DNA of 64,000 nucleotides, taken from contig NC_086118.1 in NCBI RefSeq assembly GCF_963921235.1, positions 14,076,001-14,140,000 on the forward strand, written 5' to 3'. The stretch is from Mobula hypostoma. Lineage: Eukaryota. The translations under genes and the position numbers were made by a program. Shown here in pieces: positions 1 through 12,662 of this stretch (position 1 is its first letter; every line of letters starts with the position of its first letter). Below the pieces are notes generated by a model. That model made no database searches. It was not told the DNA's origin and was given only the letters and a program-made list of their open reading frames with translations.

Positions 1-69
1 ACGCAGTATGCACAATGAGGTGAACGAACCTGTAGCACAGTTACAGTCTGGCACGTATGATGTTGTCGG

Positions 70-208
70 TGTAATATTGATGTGACTCGGACACCACTGT
101 AGATTGAACAACCAACTTTATTCACCAGGCTTCCATTTTTTAAACCCTTTTTCACGTCCTGACGTCATACGCACTCTGACACTACGAATACTCACACAAT
201 ACATTACA
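70..208 (-). repeat. Gypsy 3' LTR
   Basis: TGTAATA...ATTACA direct repeat of 3739-3878; about 9 substitutions plus 1 indel counted by eye. Confidence 0.95.
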
Positions 209-453
209 TCCCCCTTCTCAAGACTTTTTTTTACAACACTGTGAATTACCAAAACAATGCCTGTAGGTATGCGCTTCTTACAGTGCAAGACTATGGCATA
301 AACTATAAAAAATCTTACCTTCTTGTACTGTATTCTGCATTGTATTTTACAATACTAACAGCAGTGTATTTTCTTTTACTAACATACACTAATAAACGTT
401 TTATTTCACACTTGGAACTTATGATATGTGTGACTTTGCCTCAAACTGTATGT

Positions 454-1077
454 CTAGTCTCTGTACCTAGCTGGAAGTTTGACTTGTCTCTCAGACCGTG
501 TGTGATACAACTGTGACTGTGCTTGTCCTTCATCAGTGTCAGTCTCTCGAGTGATCTCTGTGTCTTTGCGGTCTGCATCGTTCTTGGTGTCGTTTGTTTC
601 CATGTCTGTATATGTGTAAATGTCCTGTGCATCTGTACGTGGAAACTCCCTCTCACCTGTCTTCAGCAGATGCTTCCTGTTCCTCCTGTAGACTCTTCCA
701 TCCGGCGTGCGAGCTATGAAGGATCTTGGTTGCTGATGTCTGTTCACAACCACAGCTGATTGCCAAGTGTCTCCTCTCTGTATTCTGACATTTTCACCTG
801 TATGCAGATCTGGCAACTGTCTTGTATGTCTGTCATAGTAGCACTTTTGCTTGTCATGTACTTGATGATTACGTTCAGGAGTCAGTAGAGTTGTGGATGT
901 TGGCAGTTTAGACTTCAGACGACGTCCCATCAACAGCTGCGCAGGAGAGAACCCCACACCCTCAATCAGTGTGTTGCGGTATTCAAGCAGAGCGATGTAA
1001 GGGTCACCGTTGCTGCTATGTGCCTTCTTGAGCATGTTCTTGACAGTTTGTACAGTTCTCTCTGCTTGTCCATTAGA
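454..1077 (-). pseudogene. Gypsy integrase, C-terminal remnant
   Basis: SNGQAERTVQTVKNML...ALLEYRNT...SPAQLLMGR...YRRNR; the zinc-binding region and first catalytic Asp residues are absent. Confidence 0.85.
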
Positions 1078-1171
1078 ACATGTTGAACTTCTCCTCAGAG
1101 ATGGGTAGCTGAGGTGTAACCCAGTTGACCTCCAGCTCTCTTCCTAGCAACTCTTCCTCTTGCTCTTTGAG

Positions 1172-3686
1172 CTAAGCATGGCTCAAAGCATCAGCAATGT
1201 GCAGTTCTTTTCCTGGCTTATAGGTGACTGTGAGAGTGTACCTCTGTAGCCTGAGAAGCATCCTTTGCAGCCTCATAGAAGCTTGGTGGAGTGGCTTTTT
1301 GAAGATGCTCTCAAGTGGTTTGTGATCACTCTCAACCTGGATTTCTTTGCTATATACATATTGGTGGAACTTCACACACCCAAAAACTATGGCGAGTAAT
1401 TCCTTCTCTATTTGAGCATATCAGCGTTGACAGTTCGTAAGTGCTCGTGATCCTTACGCCACAGGCCTCCCATCCTGCAGTATATCAGCTCCTATTCCTT
1501 CCGAACTGGCATCTACAGACATCATCACTGGTTTATTGACATCATAGAACTTGAGTACTGGTGCATTGGTAACCAACTGCTTCAATGTGTCAAAACTTTT
1601 CTTTTGTTTGTCTTCCCAATGCCATTCAGTGTTGCTCTCTAGTAGCTTTTGGAGTGGAGCGCTGACCTCTGATAAGTTGGGAATGAACTTGGCAAGATAC
1701 TGTATCATGCCCATGAACCTCAATAGTTCTTGCTTGTCTTCGGGTGGTGGTAGCTGTACCACAGCTCTGACATTTTCATCATCTGGTTTTAGCCCATCAG
1801 CACTGAGCACATGACCTATGTATTTGATCTCTGTAGTCCTGATCTTACATTTACTTTTGTTCAGCTTTAGGTTGTACTCACGTGCTCTCTCCAGGAGCTT
1901 CCTCAATCTCTGATCACGTTCCTCAATTGTATCACCCCATATCAGCAAATCATCAATGATGTTGACCACCCCGTCCAGGCCTTCAGTCACTTGTGTCACG
2001 GAGCTCTGGAATACCTCTGATGCAGAAGAAATCCCAAAGGGTAGACGCAGGAAACAATATCTCCCTATGGGTGTGTTGAAAGTACATAAATTGGAACTTT
2101 CTTCATCCAGCTTGATCTGCCAGAAGCCTTGATTTGCATCTAATACTGAAAAGTATTTTGCATTAGGCATGCGGGAGACAACCTCTTCAACCGTGAGCAG
2201 CGGATAGTGCTCTCTTTTGATGGCTTGGTTGAGATCTTGTGGATCCATGCAAATCCTCGTCTTTTTTTCTGTGACCACTGTCACCATACTATTCACCCAG
2301 TCCGGCGGTTCTATTTGTCTTGTTATGACTCCCATCTGTTCCATTCTGTGTAGCTCCTCCACTACTTGATTCCTGAGAGCTACTGGAATCTTTCTCGGGG
2401 CATGCATGACTGGTGCAATAGTTGGATCAATCTTGATATGGTGCTTTCCTGGTAAACATCCTAATGCAGAAAACAAGTCATCAAAGTCTTTGAGAATGTC
2501 ATTTTCTTTTTCAACACCATAGCTTTGCTTCACCAGGCCTAGCTTTGTGCATGTTGCTTTGCCCAGTATTGCTGGAACATGTTGCTGTACTATTTCAAAC
2601 TCGATCTTGTATTGTTGACCTTTGTACACACAGGTGAGTGCCTTTTTGCCCAGTGGCGCCGTCTTGTGGCCGAAATATGCAACAAGCTTGCAGGTGAATT
2701 TTTTCAGTCTTCCTCTGGTGTCCAGTGAGTTGAATGTTTCTGCCGACATTACATTGCACTTTGCCCCAGTGTCAAGCTTAAATATCACTTTCCTCCTGTT
2801 TATTATCAGATCTTGGGTCCAATCATCTTCATCCTCCATCTCTGCATGGTAAATATTCTTGATGCATACCTTCTGTTCCACTTCAACTGTGCCAATGAAC
2901 ATATCATTGTTGCCCTCACTCTGTTCCACAGCATGCATTTTCCTTGCGTGCTCCTTTGATTTGCACATCTTTGCAAAGTGATTTCTTTTCTGGCATAACT
3001 TGCATGTTTGACCAAAGGCTGGACATTTTCTGTATCCATGTTTATAACCACATCTGTTGCAATTAACTTCCTTTTGATCGTCCTGTGGAGCTGGCTTTGT
3101 CCTACTCTTGTCAGTTTTCAGAGTTCTTGTTTTGTGCACTTCCATCTCTTCATTGAGCACTTTAACCTGACTTGACGTGATCTCGCTGGCACAGCAAACA
3201 TCAGTCACCTTTTCTAATGTAAGATCTGCCTCTCTCAATAGCCTGCCTCTCACTTGATCGTCTCGTATGCCGCATACAATCTTGTCACGTATTAAAGAAT
3301 CATGCAGTTGTCCAAACTCACAGTCTTTTGCCTTGCTCTTCAAATCTGTTACATAGACGTCTATGGTCTCTATTGGTCCTTGAGCCCTCGTGAAAAACCT
3401 GTGTCGGATGTACAGTAGGTTTTTTCTCGGTTCGCAATAATCTTGAAACTTTTTCTTCAACACTTCAATTTTATCTTGCTCATCATCTTGGAAGACAAAC
3501 GTGTTGCAAACCTTTATTGCCTCTTCCCCCCAATACGTGCAGAAACATAGCACACTGCACTTTCTCCGTCTTTTCAGCTAGGCCGCTAGCGATGCAAAAC
3601 AGCTCAAATTTCTGGATCCACATTTTCCAGTTCTCAGCAAGATCACCTTGTAGGCTTAAACTTGACGCTGGCTGTAACTGTGACAT
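1172..3686 (-). pseudogene. Gypsy gag-pol (Gag, zinc knuckle, protease, RT, RNase H) with frameshift/stops
   Basis: Gag start MSQLQPASSLSLQGDLAENW; CKLCQKRNHFAKMC knuckle; FKLDTGA protease; LPFG...IIDDLLIWG RT; SVDASSEGIGA and SDHKPL RNase H. Confidence 0.92.
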
Positions 3687-3738
3687 CTTTTACGTGTCTT
3701 CTCTTCCTTTTTATTTTTCACATTTTCTTCTAACACCA

Positions 3739-3878
3739 TGTAATATTGATGTGACTCAGACACTGCTGTAGACTGAACAACCAACTTTATTCACCAGACT
3801 TCCATTTTTTTAAACCCTTTTCCACGTCCTGAAGTCATACGCACTCTGACGCTACAAATACTCACACAATACATTACA
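3739..3878 (-). repeat. Gypsy 5' LTR
   Basis: Direct repeat of 70-208, adjacent to the PBS-like sequence at 3727-3738. Confidence 0.95.
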
Positions 3879-4480
3879 GTAGGCAGCACTGAAACATGGT
3901 TGAAAGAAGATAATAACTGGCAGCTTAATGTCCAAGAACACACATGGTATTGAAAGGACAGGCAGGAAGGCAAAAGGGGTGGTGTTGCTCTGTTGGTAAA
4001 AACTAAAATCAAATCATTAGAAAGAGGTGACATAGGGTCAGAAGGTGTTTACTCACTATTGATAGAACTAAGGAACTGCAAGAATAAAAAGACCCTGATG
4101 GAAGTTATATATAGACCCCCAAACAGTAGTAAGGATGTGCTGTACAAATTACAATGAGTGATGGAAAATGCATGCCAAAAGGGCAAAGTTACAATAGTGC
4201 TGTAGGATTTCAATATGCAGGTGATTGGGAAAATCAGGTTGGTGCTGGATTCCAAGATTGGGAATTTCTAGAATGCCAATGAGAGAGCTTTGTAGAGCAG
4301 CTCGTGATTGAGCCCAATAGGGGTTCAGGTATTCTGGATTGTGTGTTGTGCAATGAACCAGAATTGATTAGAGAGTTTAAGGTAAAAGAACCCTTAGGAA
4401 AATGTGATCACGATATGATCAAATTCACCTTGAAATTTGAGAGGAGAATCTAAAGTCAGATGTATCGGTATTTCAGTAGA

Positions 4481-4987
4481 GTAAAAGAGGAAGGGATTCC
4501 TCGTAGTGTATGGAGACTTGGAAGAGTGCTTGATGTCTGTGAAGATGAAGATGGACTGGTGTGAAGAGCCACAATACAGTTAGGAAATAAACAGCTGGGA
4601 AAAGAGGGTCAACGACTCATTAATCCATCCATTCTTGAATGTCCCATTCATAAATTAGTTGTCCTTGTAGAGAACAACTAATATGTGTTCCAATGGAACT
4701 AATTTCTAAACACACCTGTGTGGACAGTTTAAAGTATCCCTCTTGACCTTAGAGTTTGTTACAAATACTAATTATTTGGTTCTAGAAATGACTAGATTTA
4801 TTCAAATAGTTGTATAAAGGTTATCATAAATCATAGCAATTTGGTAGGAGTGTAACTGTCTCAGGGATATGCTTCATTGAAATGTTTATTTTATGTTTTT
4901 GTCATAAATTCATGACTAATTTATCACTTTTAAATGTTTTATGTAACCTTCATTTAATGCAGAGTGTAACTGGTCACATGACCAGAG
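4481..4987 (+). repeat. 507-bp inverted duplicate of 7205-7711 (BEL pol end, PPT, part of 3' LTR)
   Basis: Reverse complement of 7205-7711, same length, about 5 mismatches by eye; no TSD. Confidence 0.92.
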
Positions 4988-5092
4988 GCATGAGAGAGAA
5001 GTTGGCCAGAAGTGATTGGAAAAGAACACTGGCAGGGATGATGGTACAGCAGCAATGGCTGGAATCTCTGGAAGCAATTTGGAAGGCACAGG

Positions 5093-5963
5093 TGTTACAT
5101 GCTCAAGGAGATCTGTTTTTTTTTGTGAGAATGATGTAATGGTCTTTTGGCGGTCATCTGATGTGATTTTCCCGCCGATGTGAGGTCACGTGATGACATG
5201 TGCCCCGTGACTATATAAGGGTCGACCCAGGTGACGCAGTGGGTTTTTGAGTTTGTAGATTTCCAGGTGGAATGTGTTGTGCCTCCGTTTCTGTTGCGTG
5301 CTTGTTTTTGTGACGCAGTTTCATTTTTAAAATGGAAGGTGCATTCTCTTACAAGATATTGTATTATTGGACTGGGAATTTGTGGCTGGAAGTGCCAATC
5401 TGCTCAATTCTGACTTTTGAAGGGAGAGTGAAGAATTCATCGAAGGATCAAGAGAAGTCGGCATCGTTTGGCAGTTTAATAAAAAAAAAATCGACCTTAT
5501 TGAGTTTTCGTTGGAGAGAACCTGCATCGAGATAACTCTTGCAAAAGGGCAACGAGTTCATGCAAAAAGGTGCTCTCTCTCTAAAGGAATTTAAAGTCAG
5601 TCGATTTAAACTGTTTATTTTCGGCATCAGGAATCCTGTGGACAGAACCATCAGTAAAAGTGCGTCTGTGAAGAAATCCTTCTTCAGAGAAGTCTCTCCC
5701 AATTGAACATGTAAAACTGTTGGACTTCCGAAGTTATCGCTTTAAGAACTATATCTGACTGTATTGCTTTAAGAACTGTTTTCGCATTTAACACTTTAAG
5801 AACCAGAGCTGAGGGGAGTTGGTGAACGGCTGCGTACCTGTTAACCTCCGGTTAAAGTTTTCCTTTGTTTTTTTCCCTTATCATTTATACGTGTTTAATA
5901 AATGTTTGGTTGTTTTTATAAAACCTGTCTCGATTAATATTCATTGTTGCCGGTTACGTAACA
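5093..5963 (+). mobile_element. Solo LTR (871 bp)
   Basis: TGTTAC...GTAACA termini; 4-bp TSD CAGG (5089-5092, 5964-5967); TATA-like CTATATAAG near 5211 and AATAAA near 5897; CR1 resumes on both sides. Confidence 0.85.
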
Positions 5964-6773
5964 CAGGAGATATATATATATATGTATATCCCAAGGAGGA
6001 AGAAGCATTGCAAAGGAAAGATGAAACAACCATGGCTAACAAGGGAAGTCAAAGCAAACATAAAAGCCAAAGAGAGGGCATATAATGGAGCAAAAAAAAG
6101 TGGGCAGTTAGAGGATTGGGAAGCTTTTAAAAATGAACAGAAGGCAACTAAAGAAGCCATTAAGGAAAAGATGGAATATGAAAGTAAGCTAGCCAATAAT
6201 ATTAAAGAGGATACCAAAAATGTCTTCAGGTACACAAAGTGTAAAAGAGAGGCTGGAGTAGGTATTGGACTACTGGAAAATGACACTGGAGTGGTAGTAA
6301 TGGGGGACAAGAAAATGGTGGACCAACTGAATAAACATTTTGTATCAGTCTTCAATATAGAAGACACTAGCAATATGGTGCAAGTTCCAGGTGTCGGGGT
6401 TGTGAGGTGTCTGACGTTACCATAACTAGAGAGAAGATTCTCAGGAAACTGAAAGGTCTGAAGGTGGATAAGTAACCCGGACCAGATGGTCTACACCACA
6501 GGGTTCTGAAAAAGTGGCTGAAGAGATTATGGGGCCATTAATAATGATCTTTCAAGAATCACTAGATTCCAGAGTAGTTCCGGAAGACTGGAAAACTACA
6601 GATGTCACTCCACTCTGCAAAAAAGAGAAGCAAAAGAAAGTAAATTATAGGCCAGTTAGTTTGACCTCAGTTGTTGGGAAGATGTTAGAGTTGATTGTTA
6701 AGGATGTGTTTTGGGGTATTTGATAAAATAAGCTGAGTCAGCATGGTTTCCTGAGGGGAAAATCTTCCCTGAC

Positions 6774-7341
6774 TGTAACTGCACCGGTCCAATGAGATAA
6801 TGCCCACGCAACATACAGATGTCCTTGAAGATTTATTTTTATCTCTCTCTCTCTCTCTTCAGTAGACACCGTGAAAACTACAAGAAAATGAAGGACATAA
6901 AGTTTAAAACATACATTCCTCAGTCTTTTAAAATCTCTCAAGATAGTGTCCACTGATAAACAGGCCCAAACTCATTAGCACATCAGAAGTGTGCACATCA
7001 GAAATGTGCTGAAATCAAACAAATCACTAAAACATATCACACTGGTCATATAAAGACACTTCAACAACATTATATAAAACAGATTAAGAAAAACAATTAT
7101 CATGTGTGCCTCTTGGACCACATGCAAAGTGAAGTTATTTTAGTGTCTTTCTCTGCTTCCATGTCAGTTCTGTCCCATAATACCATAGTCATGCTTTTAT
7201 CAAACTCTGGTCATGTGACCAGTTACACTCTGCATTAAATAAAGGTTACATAAAACATTTAAAAGTGATAAATTAGTCATGAATTTATGACAAAAACATA
7301 AAATAAACATTTCAATGAAGCATATCCCTGAGACAGTTACA
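6774..7341 (-). repeat. BEL 3' LTR
   Basis: Direct repeat of 12663-13260, roughly 90% identical over the first ~210 bp compared by eye; PPT-like TTTGGTAGGAG adjacent. Confidence 0.93.
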
Positions 7342-7509
7342 CTCCTACCAAATTGCTATGATTTATGATAACCTTTATACAACTATTTGAATAAATCTAG
7401 TCATTTCTAGAACCAAATAATTGGTATTTGTAACAAACTCTAAGGTCAAGAGGGATACTTTAAACTGTCCACACAGGTGTGTTTAGAAATTAGTTCCATT
7501 GGAACACAT

Positions 7510-9055
7510 ATTAGTTGTTCTCTACAAGGACAACTAATTTATGAATGGGACATTCAAGAATGGATGGATTAATGAGTCATTGACCCTCTTTTCCCAGCTG
7601 TTTATTTCCTAACTGTATTGTGGCTCTTCACACCAGTCCATCTTCATCTTCACAGACATCAAGCACTCTTCCAAGTCTCCATTCACTGCGAGGAATCCCT
7701 TCCTCTTTTACGATGACAATATCTCCAATCTCCACATTTCTTCTTGAAGAGTGCCAGTGCTGTCTGAAGGTGATGTTTGCTAGATATTCCTTCTTCCATC
7801 TACTCCAGAATTGCTCTGTCAGATATTGCACTCTGCGCCACCTTTTCCTGGCATACAGATCTTCTGCCATAAATTTTCCTGGTGGAGGCAGCGGGACAGA
7901 GGTTTTCATGGTAAGTAAATAGTTTGGTGTAAGTGGCTCTAGGACTTTGGGATCATTGATGCTGTCAGTGGTGAGTGGGTGGCTGTTTATAATTGATATG
8001 GCCTCATAGAAAAGGGTTCTCAAAGAAGCATCATCTAATCTTCCAGCGCTCTGTAAGAGGACTGAGCTTAGGACGCTCCTAACTGTCCTGATCTGTCATT
8101 CCCAAACACCTCCCATGTGACTGGCATCAGGTACATTCATGGTGAAGTCACATTGTTTTTCAGCTAGGTAAGCCGTCACTCTGTCTTTGTCCACTTCCTT
8201 TAAGGCTTTTATCAGTTCATTTTTCACTCCAACAAAGTTTGTCCCTTGATCCAATCTGATTTGTCTTACAGCTCCTCGGGTAGCTATAAAACACCGTAAG
8301 GCATTTATGAAGGCATCAGTTGTTAAATCTTCCAACATTTCTATGCAAATTACCCTCGAGGACAGACAAGTGAATATGAGACCGTATCTCTTGTACTCTC
8401 TACGACCTTGCTTAGTGTGAAATGGCCCAAAACAATCCATCCCACAGTACGAGAATGGTGGCAAGGGATCAACACGTTTGGCAGGAAGATCCGTCACCTT
8501 TTTCGTTTCTGTTGGCCTGCCAGCTTTCCTGCACGTAATACATTGTTTGATGTAGTTCGCCACAACTTTGCTGCCACCAACAACCCAGTAACCATTTCCC
8601 CTCAGTTCGTTAAGGGTTTGTCCTCTGCCTTAGTGCTGAGTTTTTCCATGGCAGTAATCTAGGATTAGACGTGTGACCACTCCATCTCTTGGTAGGATTA
8701 CTGGATACTTCAAGTCGAGAGGTAAAGGAGCTTTCTTTAATCGCCCTCCCACCCTGAGAACTCCATCTTGCAATACAGGATCAAGTTGGAACAATAGATG
8801 GCTGTGTGGCAGTTTGTCCTGACTCAGTATTCGCATTTCCCCTTTGAAGGCATCCCTTTGTGCCAATTTTACAAGCACAAGACTGGCCTTCCTGCTGTCT
8901 TTGACAATTATGGGTTTTGCTGTTTTGGCTCTCTTTGCTAGTTGCTGGATCTGGGCAACCACATTCAATGCTGTATGCCATTTTGAGAACCGTTTAAGTC
9001 CCTCCAAAAAATTGTCCTCTTTTACCACCTTTGTTTCCTGGGCTTCTCTTACTTT
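7510..9055 (-). pseudogene. BEL integrase region and C-terminal domain, with stops
   Basis: LRVGGRL, HGKTQH...CITC zinc-binding region, GMDCFGPF, DQGTNFVG, SHMGGVWE, WRRVQYLTEQFWSRWKKEYL. Confidence 0.9.
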
Positions 9056-9474
9056 GATCAAATGACGTTTCTCTTCTCTGAATTCATTGACAAGTGAATT
9101 ATTCTGCATATGAAGTGACTTTAATGCTTCAGTTAATTGATCAATCTTGTCGACATTTTTTAGTAATTCTGCCTCCAGGTACTCTCTCTCATTCTTGACT
9201 TTGTCTGACATTTCCTGGACGTTTTCAAGTTCTTTCTGGAGGAGAGATTTGTCATCCTCTAAAATGTAGACTTTTTCATTCAAGTTTATAGTCTCTTGCT
9301 GGCAAGCTTTTGTTTCCTGCTCAAGCTCAAGCTGAGACAAAACTCTAACTTCTCAGGTAGTGAGTGTTTTACTTGCCCCAAGTTGTAAACCTCTTCTTTC
9401 TTGACTGTAAGCATGTTCTCTAGGGATTGCACTTCCAAAGACTGTGGTTCATTGACCTGGGACTTGTGGTCAAC
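9056..9474 (-). other. Non-retroelement coiled-coil coding segment in place of RT/RNase H, possibly a captured golgin B1/giantin-like fragment
   Basis: E/K/Q/L-rich heptad-like sequence (LNEKVYILEDDKSLLQKELENVQEMSDKVKNEREYLE) between the protease-linked and integrase-linked regions; no YxDD motif seen in the element. Boundaries approximate; giantin resemblance is from recall only. Confidence 0.6.
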
Positions 9475-12001
9475 CTGTGATATGCTCTTTTCCCCAGGGT
9501 TTCTATCTCTGAAGTTTGATTTTAGGGCTCTAATGACAGTGGCTGGTGTTAATGGTGGAAATTCCTTGACTGATACATGATGGCACAGACCTCTCACTTC
9601 TGCTGACTTTGTGACCCGTGGTGAGCTGTCGACAATGTTCCAACCCAGGTCAGTCTTGATGGCATACGGCTCATCGTCACCTCCTGTGATGACATGCCAT
9701 GGTGCCAACGCTGTCACACAGTCGTAGCCTATCAAGAGTCTGAACTCGCAATGAATCAGCTCTGGTATTTCTTGTGCTATTCCATTCAGATGTTTCCACC
9801 TTTTAGCCATTTCAGGGGTAGGAATGTGGGAACATTCGAATTGGATGAAATCTCTGGTATAGGCAGGTGGGAAGTTGATAAAACTTTGCGAGGAAAATGC
9901 TCTAACTCTAAGCCCACTAACTCTTCCACTCTGAACAATGGATTTTTTTCCCATCATACTGGTAAGCTTTAACTTGACTGGCTCTATTCCTGCTCCCACC
10001 TTCTCACACACCTTTTGGTCTACAAAAGTGTTGCTACTCTGTGTATCCAGTAGTGCACACACTGAGGTCTCCGCTTTAGGGGTGGTGATTGAAGAAATCC
10101 ATACAGGCACTATCATAGATGTGCTCCCACCATCGCCTCTGTCTACGCAGCAAGAAAGGGAAGATGTGTTTTCTTCCGCTTGCATAACATGAGAGGATGT
10201 GTCTGCTGCAGCAGAAGGACTGTCTTCATGAAGTGGTGTTGGATGATGCTTCTTACATATGCCACAAGTAGCTTTGCTCTAACAATCCTTTGAATTATGT
10301 CCTCTCCTAAGACAGCCAAAGCACAGGTCCAGTACGAACTTTCTCTTGTCCTCCACAGGCTTATTGGACAGAGTGGCTTTCCCCACAGCACATGCATGTG
10401 ACTGGGTTTGAAGACGAAAACAAAGTGTTTACCTTCTTGGATCCATTTGAATCCTTTGAGCTGTTCTCCATGGCACTGTATGCTTCCATTACTGGGCTTG
10501 ATTTATCCGACGCTTTCACACTTGTGATGAACGTGTTAGCCTTTGTTCACTTCATGTCTCTAGATGACTTTTCTTCAGTCAGCTTCAAGGCATGAAAGGA
10601 TGTTACAGGATTGCATGCGATTTCTGCTTCTTGTGCCACAAAATCAGCAAACTCCTTGAAATCAGGAAATTCCCCTGTTTGTCGCAACTGCATTGTGACA
10701 TGACAATTCCAGCCAGAGGTCACCCAATCAGGGAGTTTTTGGAGTATCCTTTGATTCTCTTTAGTCATTTTAACAGCTGAAGCCCTTTGATATGTGACAT
10801 GGCATTGTTACAGGCTGTCAGAAGATTACTGAATTGTCTCAGTTTAACTGACTCCCTTGAGCCAATCTTTGGGCAGTTATTCAGTTTTTCTCTAACTGCG
10901 CGCTGGATTACGAAGGAGTGGCCATACTGAGCATTCAAAGCCTCCCATGCCTGGTCGTCAGCTTCATCATCCTTTCTGTAGAAGCTTCCTTCCAATACAG
11001 ATCCTGCCTCACCACTGATGTATCTTTGTAGGTGGAACAACCTGTCAGCTGGATTTGTGTATCGCCGTTCTATCAATGCCTTAAAACTTGTGCTCCACTC
11101 TAACAACCTCAGTGGGTCCCCTGAGAGGACTGAGGGCTCGGGTGTAGGGAGTCTGGTGAGAACCATTGTGTCATGTAGGGTTGGTACTAACGATGCTTCA
11201 TTGTTAGTACTGTTTGTTTGTTCATTGTTAGAGTTCTTACATGTTTGCCCCCCCTTTAATTTCTTTATAAGGTATTGGAGGACAATTAGCCGGCTCACTG
11301 CTTGCCGTTCTACTTTCCTCCAAGGCCTCACCTGAGTCAGCTTCAGAGTAAGCCTTAAGCTTTGAGGCTATTACTTGAAGATCTCTCTGACTTTCCAGTC
11401 TTTTAAGTTCTTGCCTTTGTACAGCAATAGCCTCCTCCTTCTCCATTTCGGCCTGCTTCGCAGCACACTCTGCTCTTTTTGCTGTAACACTTTGCTGTTC
11501 TGATAAACAGCTTGAATGGTGGCTGCGAACAGCGGATTTGCAGATCGTAGTCCCAAATATTGACTGGGCATACTCTCTATTGAGCACCATATGAAGTCTT
11601 GTGTTTTCTGCCTTAGCATCTAACTCCTCTTGCCCCACTTCGCTCATATGTATGTTCATTGGCCCCATCAAATCTTCTGTTACTGCTGTGCAGGAATCCA
11701 TCTTTCTTCTAATCTCAGTAGAAGGTGCTGATTGGGACCGTATATTTCCATACACATCTTTCACTTGTGTCTCCAGCCCTTCAACAGCATCCATCGTGTC
11801 ACATAAGTCTCGGTCAGAGCACTCATCCTTAAGTTTGGTGCATGTAGCTCTAACTTTTTCTTTCCAGCTTTCATATAGCTTGATGAATTCACTCTCCTTC
11901 TGAGAAGCCTCTTGTTGCTTAAGCTCCAGCATTTTTAGGGTTAACTTTCTTTCCCCTGAAGATATCCTAGGTTCTGCTCTCCTTGAAGTAGCATTGAACA
12001 T
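9475..12001 (-). pseudogene. BEL gag-protease, fragmented
   Basis: LPTPEPSVLSGDPLRLLEW Gag motif; Cys/His knuckles near 10230-10390; ALLDTQS aspartic protease; AIKTDLGW. Confidence 0.88.
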
Positions 12002-12662
12002 GTTTTAGAAAAAGCAACACTGTATCTATCACCAAGTTATTGCTAAGTATGCATATAACCTTTAGCAACTATGTAATTGTCAGTGCAATTCAAGTACAAA
12101 TATTTGGTAACTGTTTACTCAATAAACATCCTAATACTCTTTTGATCATGCGTTTGAACTCTCAGATCAAAAGCACCATTAGAGCATTCAATACGATGCC
12201 ACAAGTAAAGCAGGCACAACAGTTAGGCTACAATGATAAATCAATTACTTTTCTCATCAATAAACTAGTATTTTAACAAGTATTTCTCAAATTTTACGTA
12301 TGTCCATAAGGTGGTAAAGGTAGCACAGTCAACCCTGACACCATCTGCAGAGCCGCACTTTCCTGCCTGAAGACAGCAAGGGAATGAAACAGACACTGCA
12401 GTCTGAAGCCTGGAGAGATGATATGTGCAAAGCAGTAGCCTACTCTGGTAAACGTTGCTCTCTCTTAGTGAAATCGCAGTATTCTCAATCCGACGGTGTC
12501 AGGAGCCAACAGTCCCATTTTCTCCCCTGAATCAACAAGCTTTTTCTCCAACGACTCCTCCGGTCACCCGCTGCTCCAGCGATCGTGCTTCCTCCTCTTT
12601 CTTCCCAGACACGCGGCGCTTCTTACTTTGAACTCTCGGCCACGTTGGCTGCACGTTTTCAC

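Larger units (their letters stand above)
70..3878 (-). mobile_element. Ty3/Gypsy LTR retrotransposon, defective
   Basis: Two ~140-bp TG...CA LTRs (70-208, 3739-3878); TSD GTCGG/GTAGG (65-69, 3879-3883); PBS-like TGGTGTTAGAAG next to the 5' LTR; PPT AGAAGGGGGA next to the 3' LTR; gag-PR-RT-RNH-IN order. Confidence 0.95.

Noticed and set aside
4481..7711. DNA transposon with 507-bp terminal inverted repeats
   Set aside because: No TSD; the right arm is an integral part of the BEL provirus and the CR1 stays collinear across the left arm.
8630..9340. Stand-alone host coiled-coil gene
   Set aside because: Lies between BEL LTRs, is fused to integrase-linked sequence and has a frameshift.
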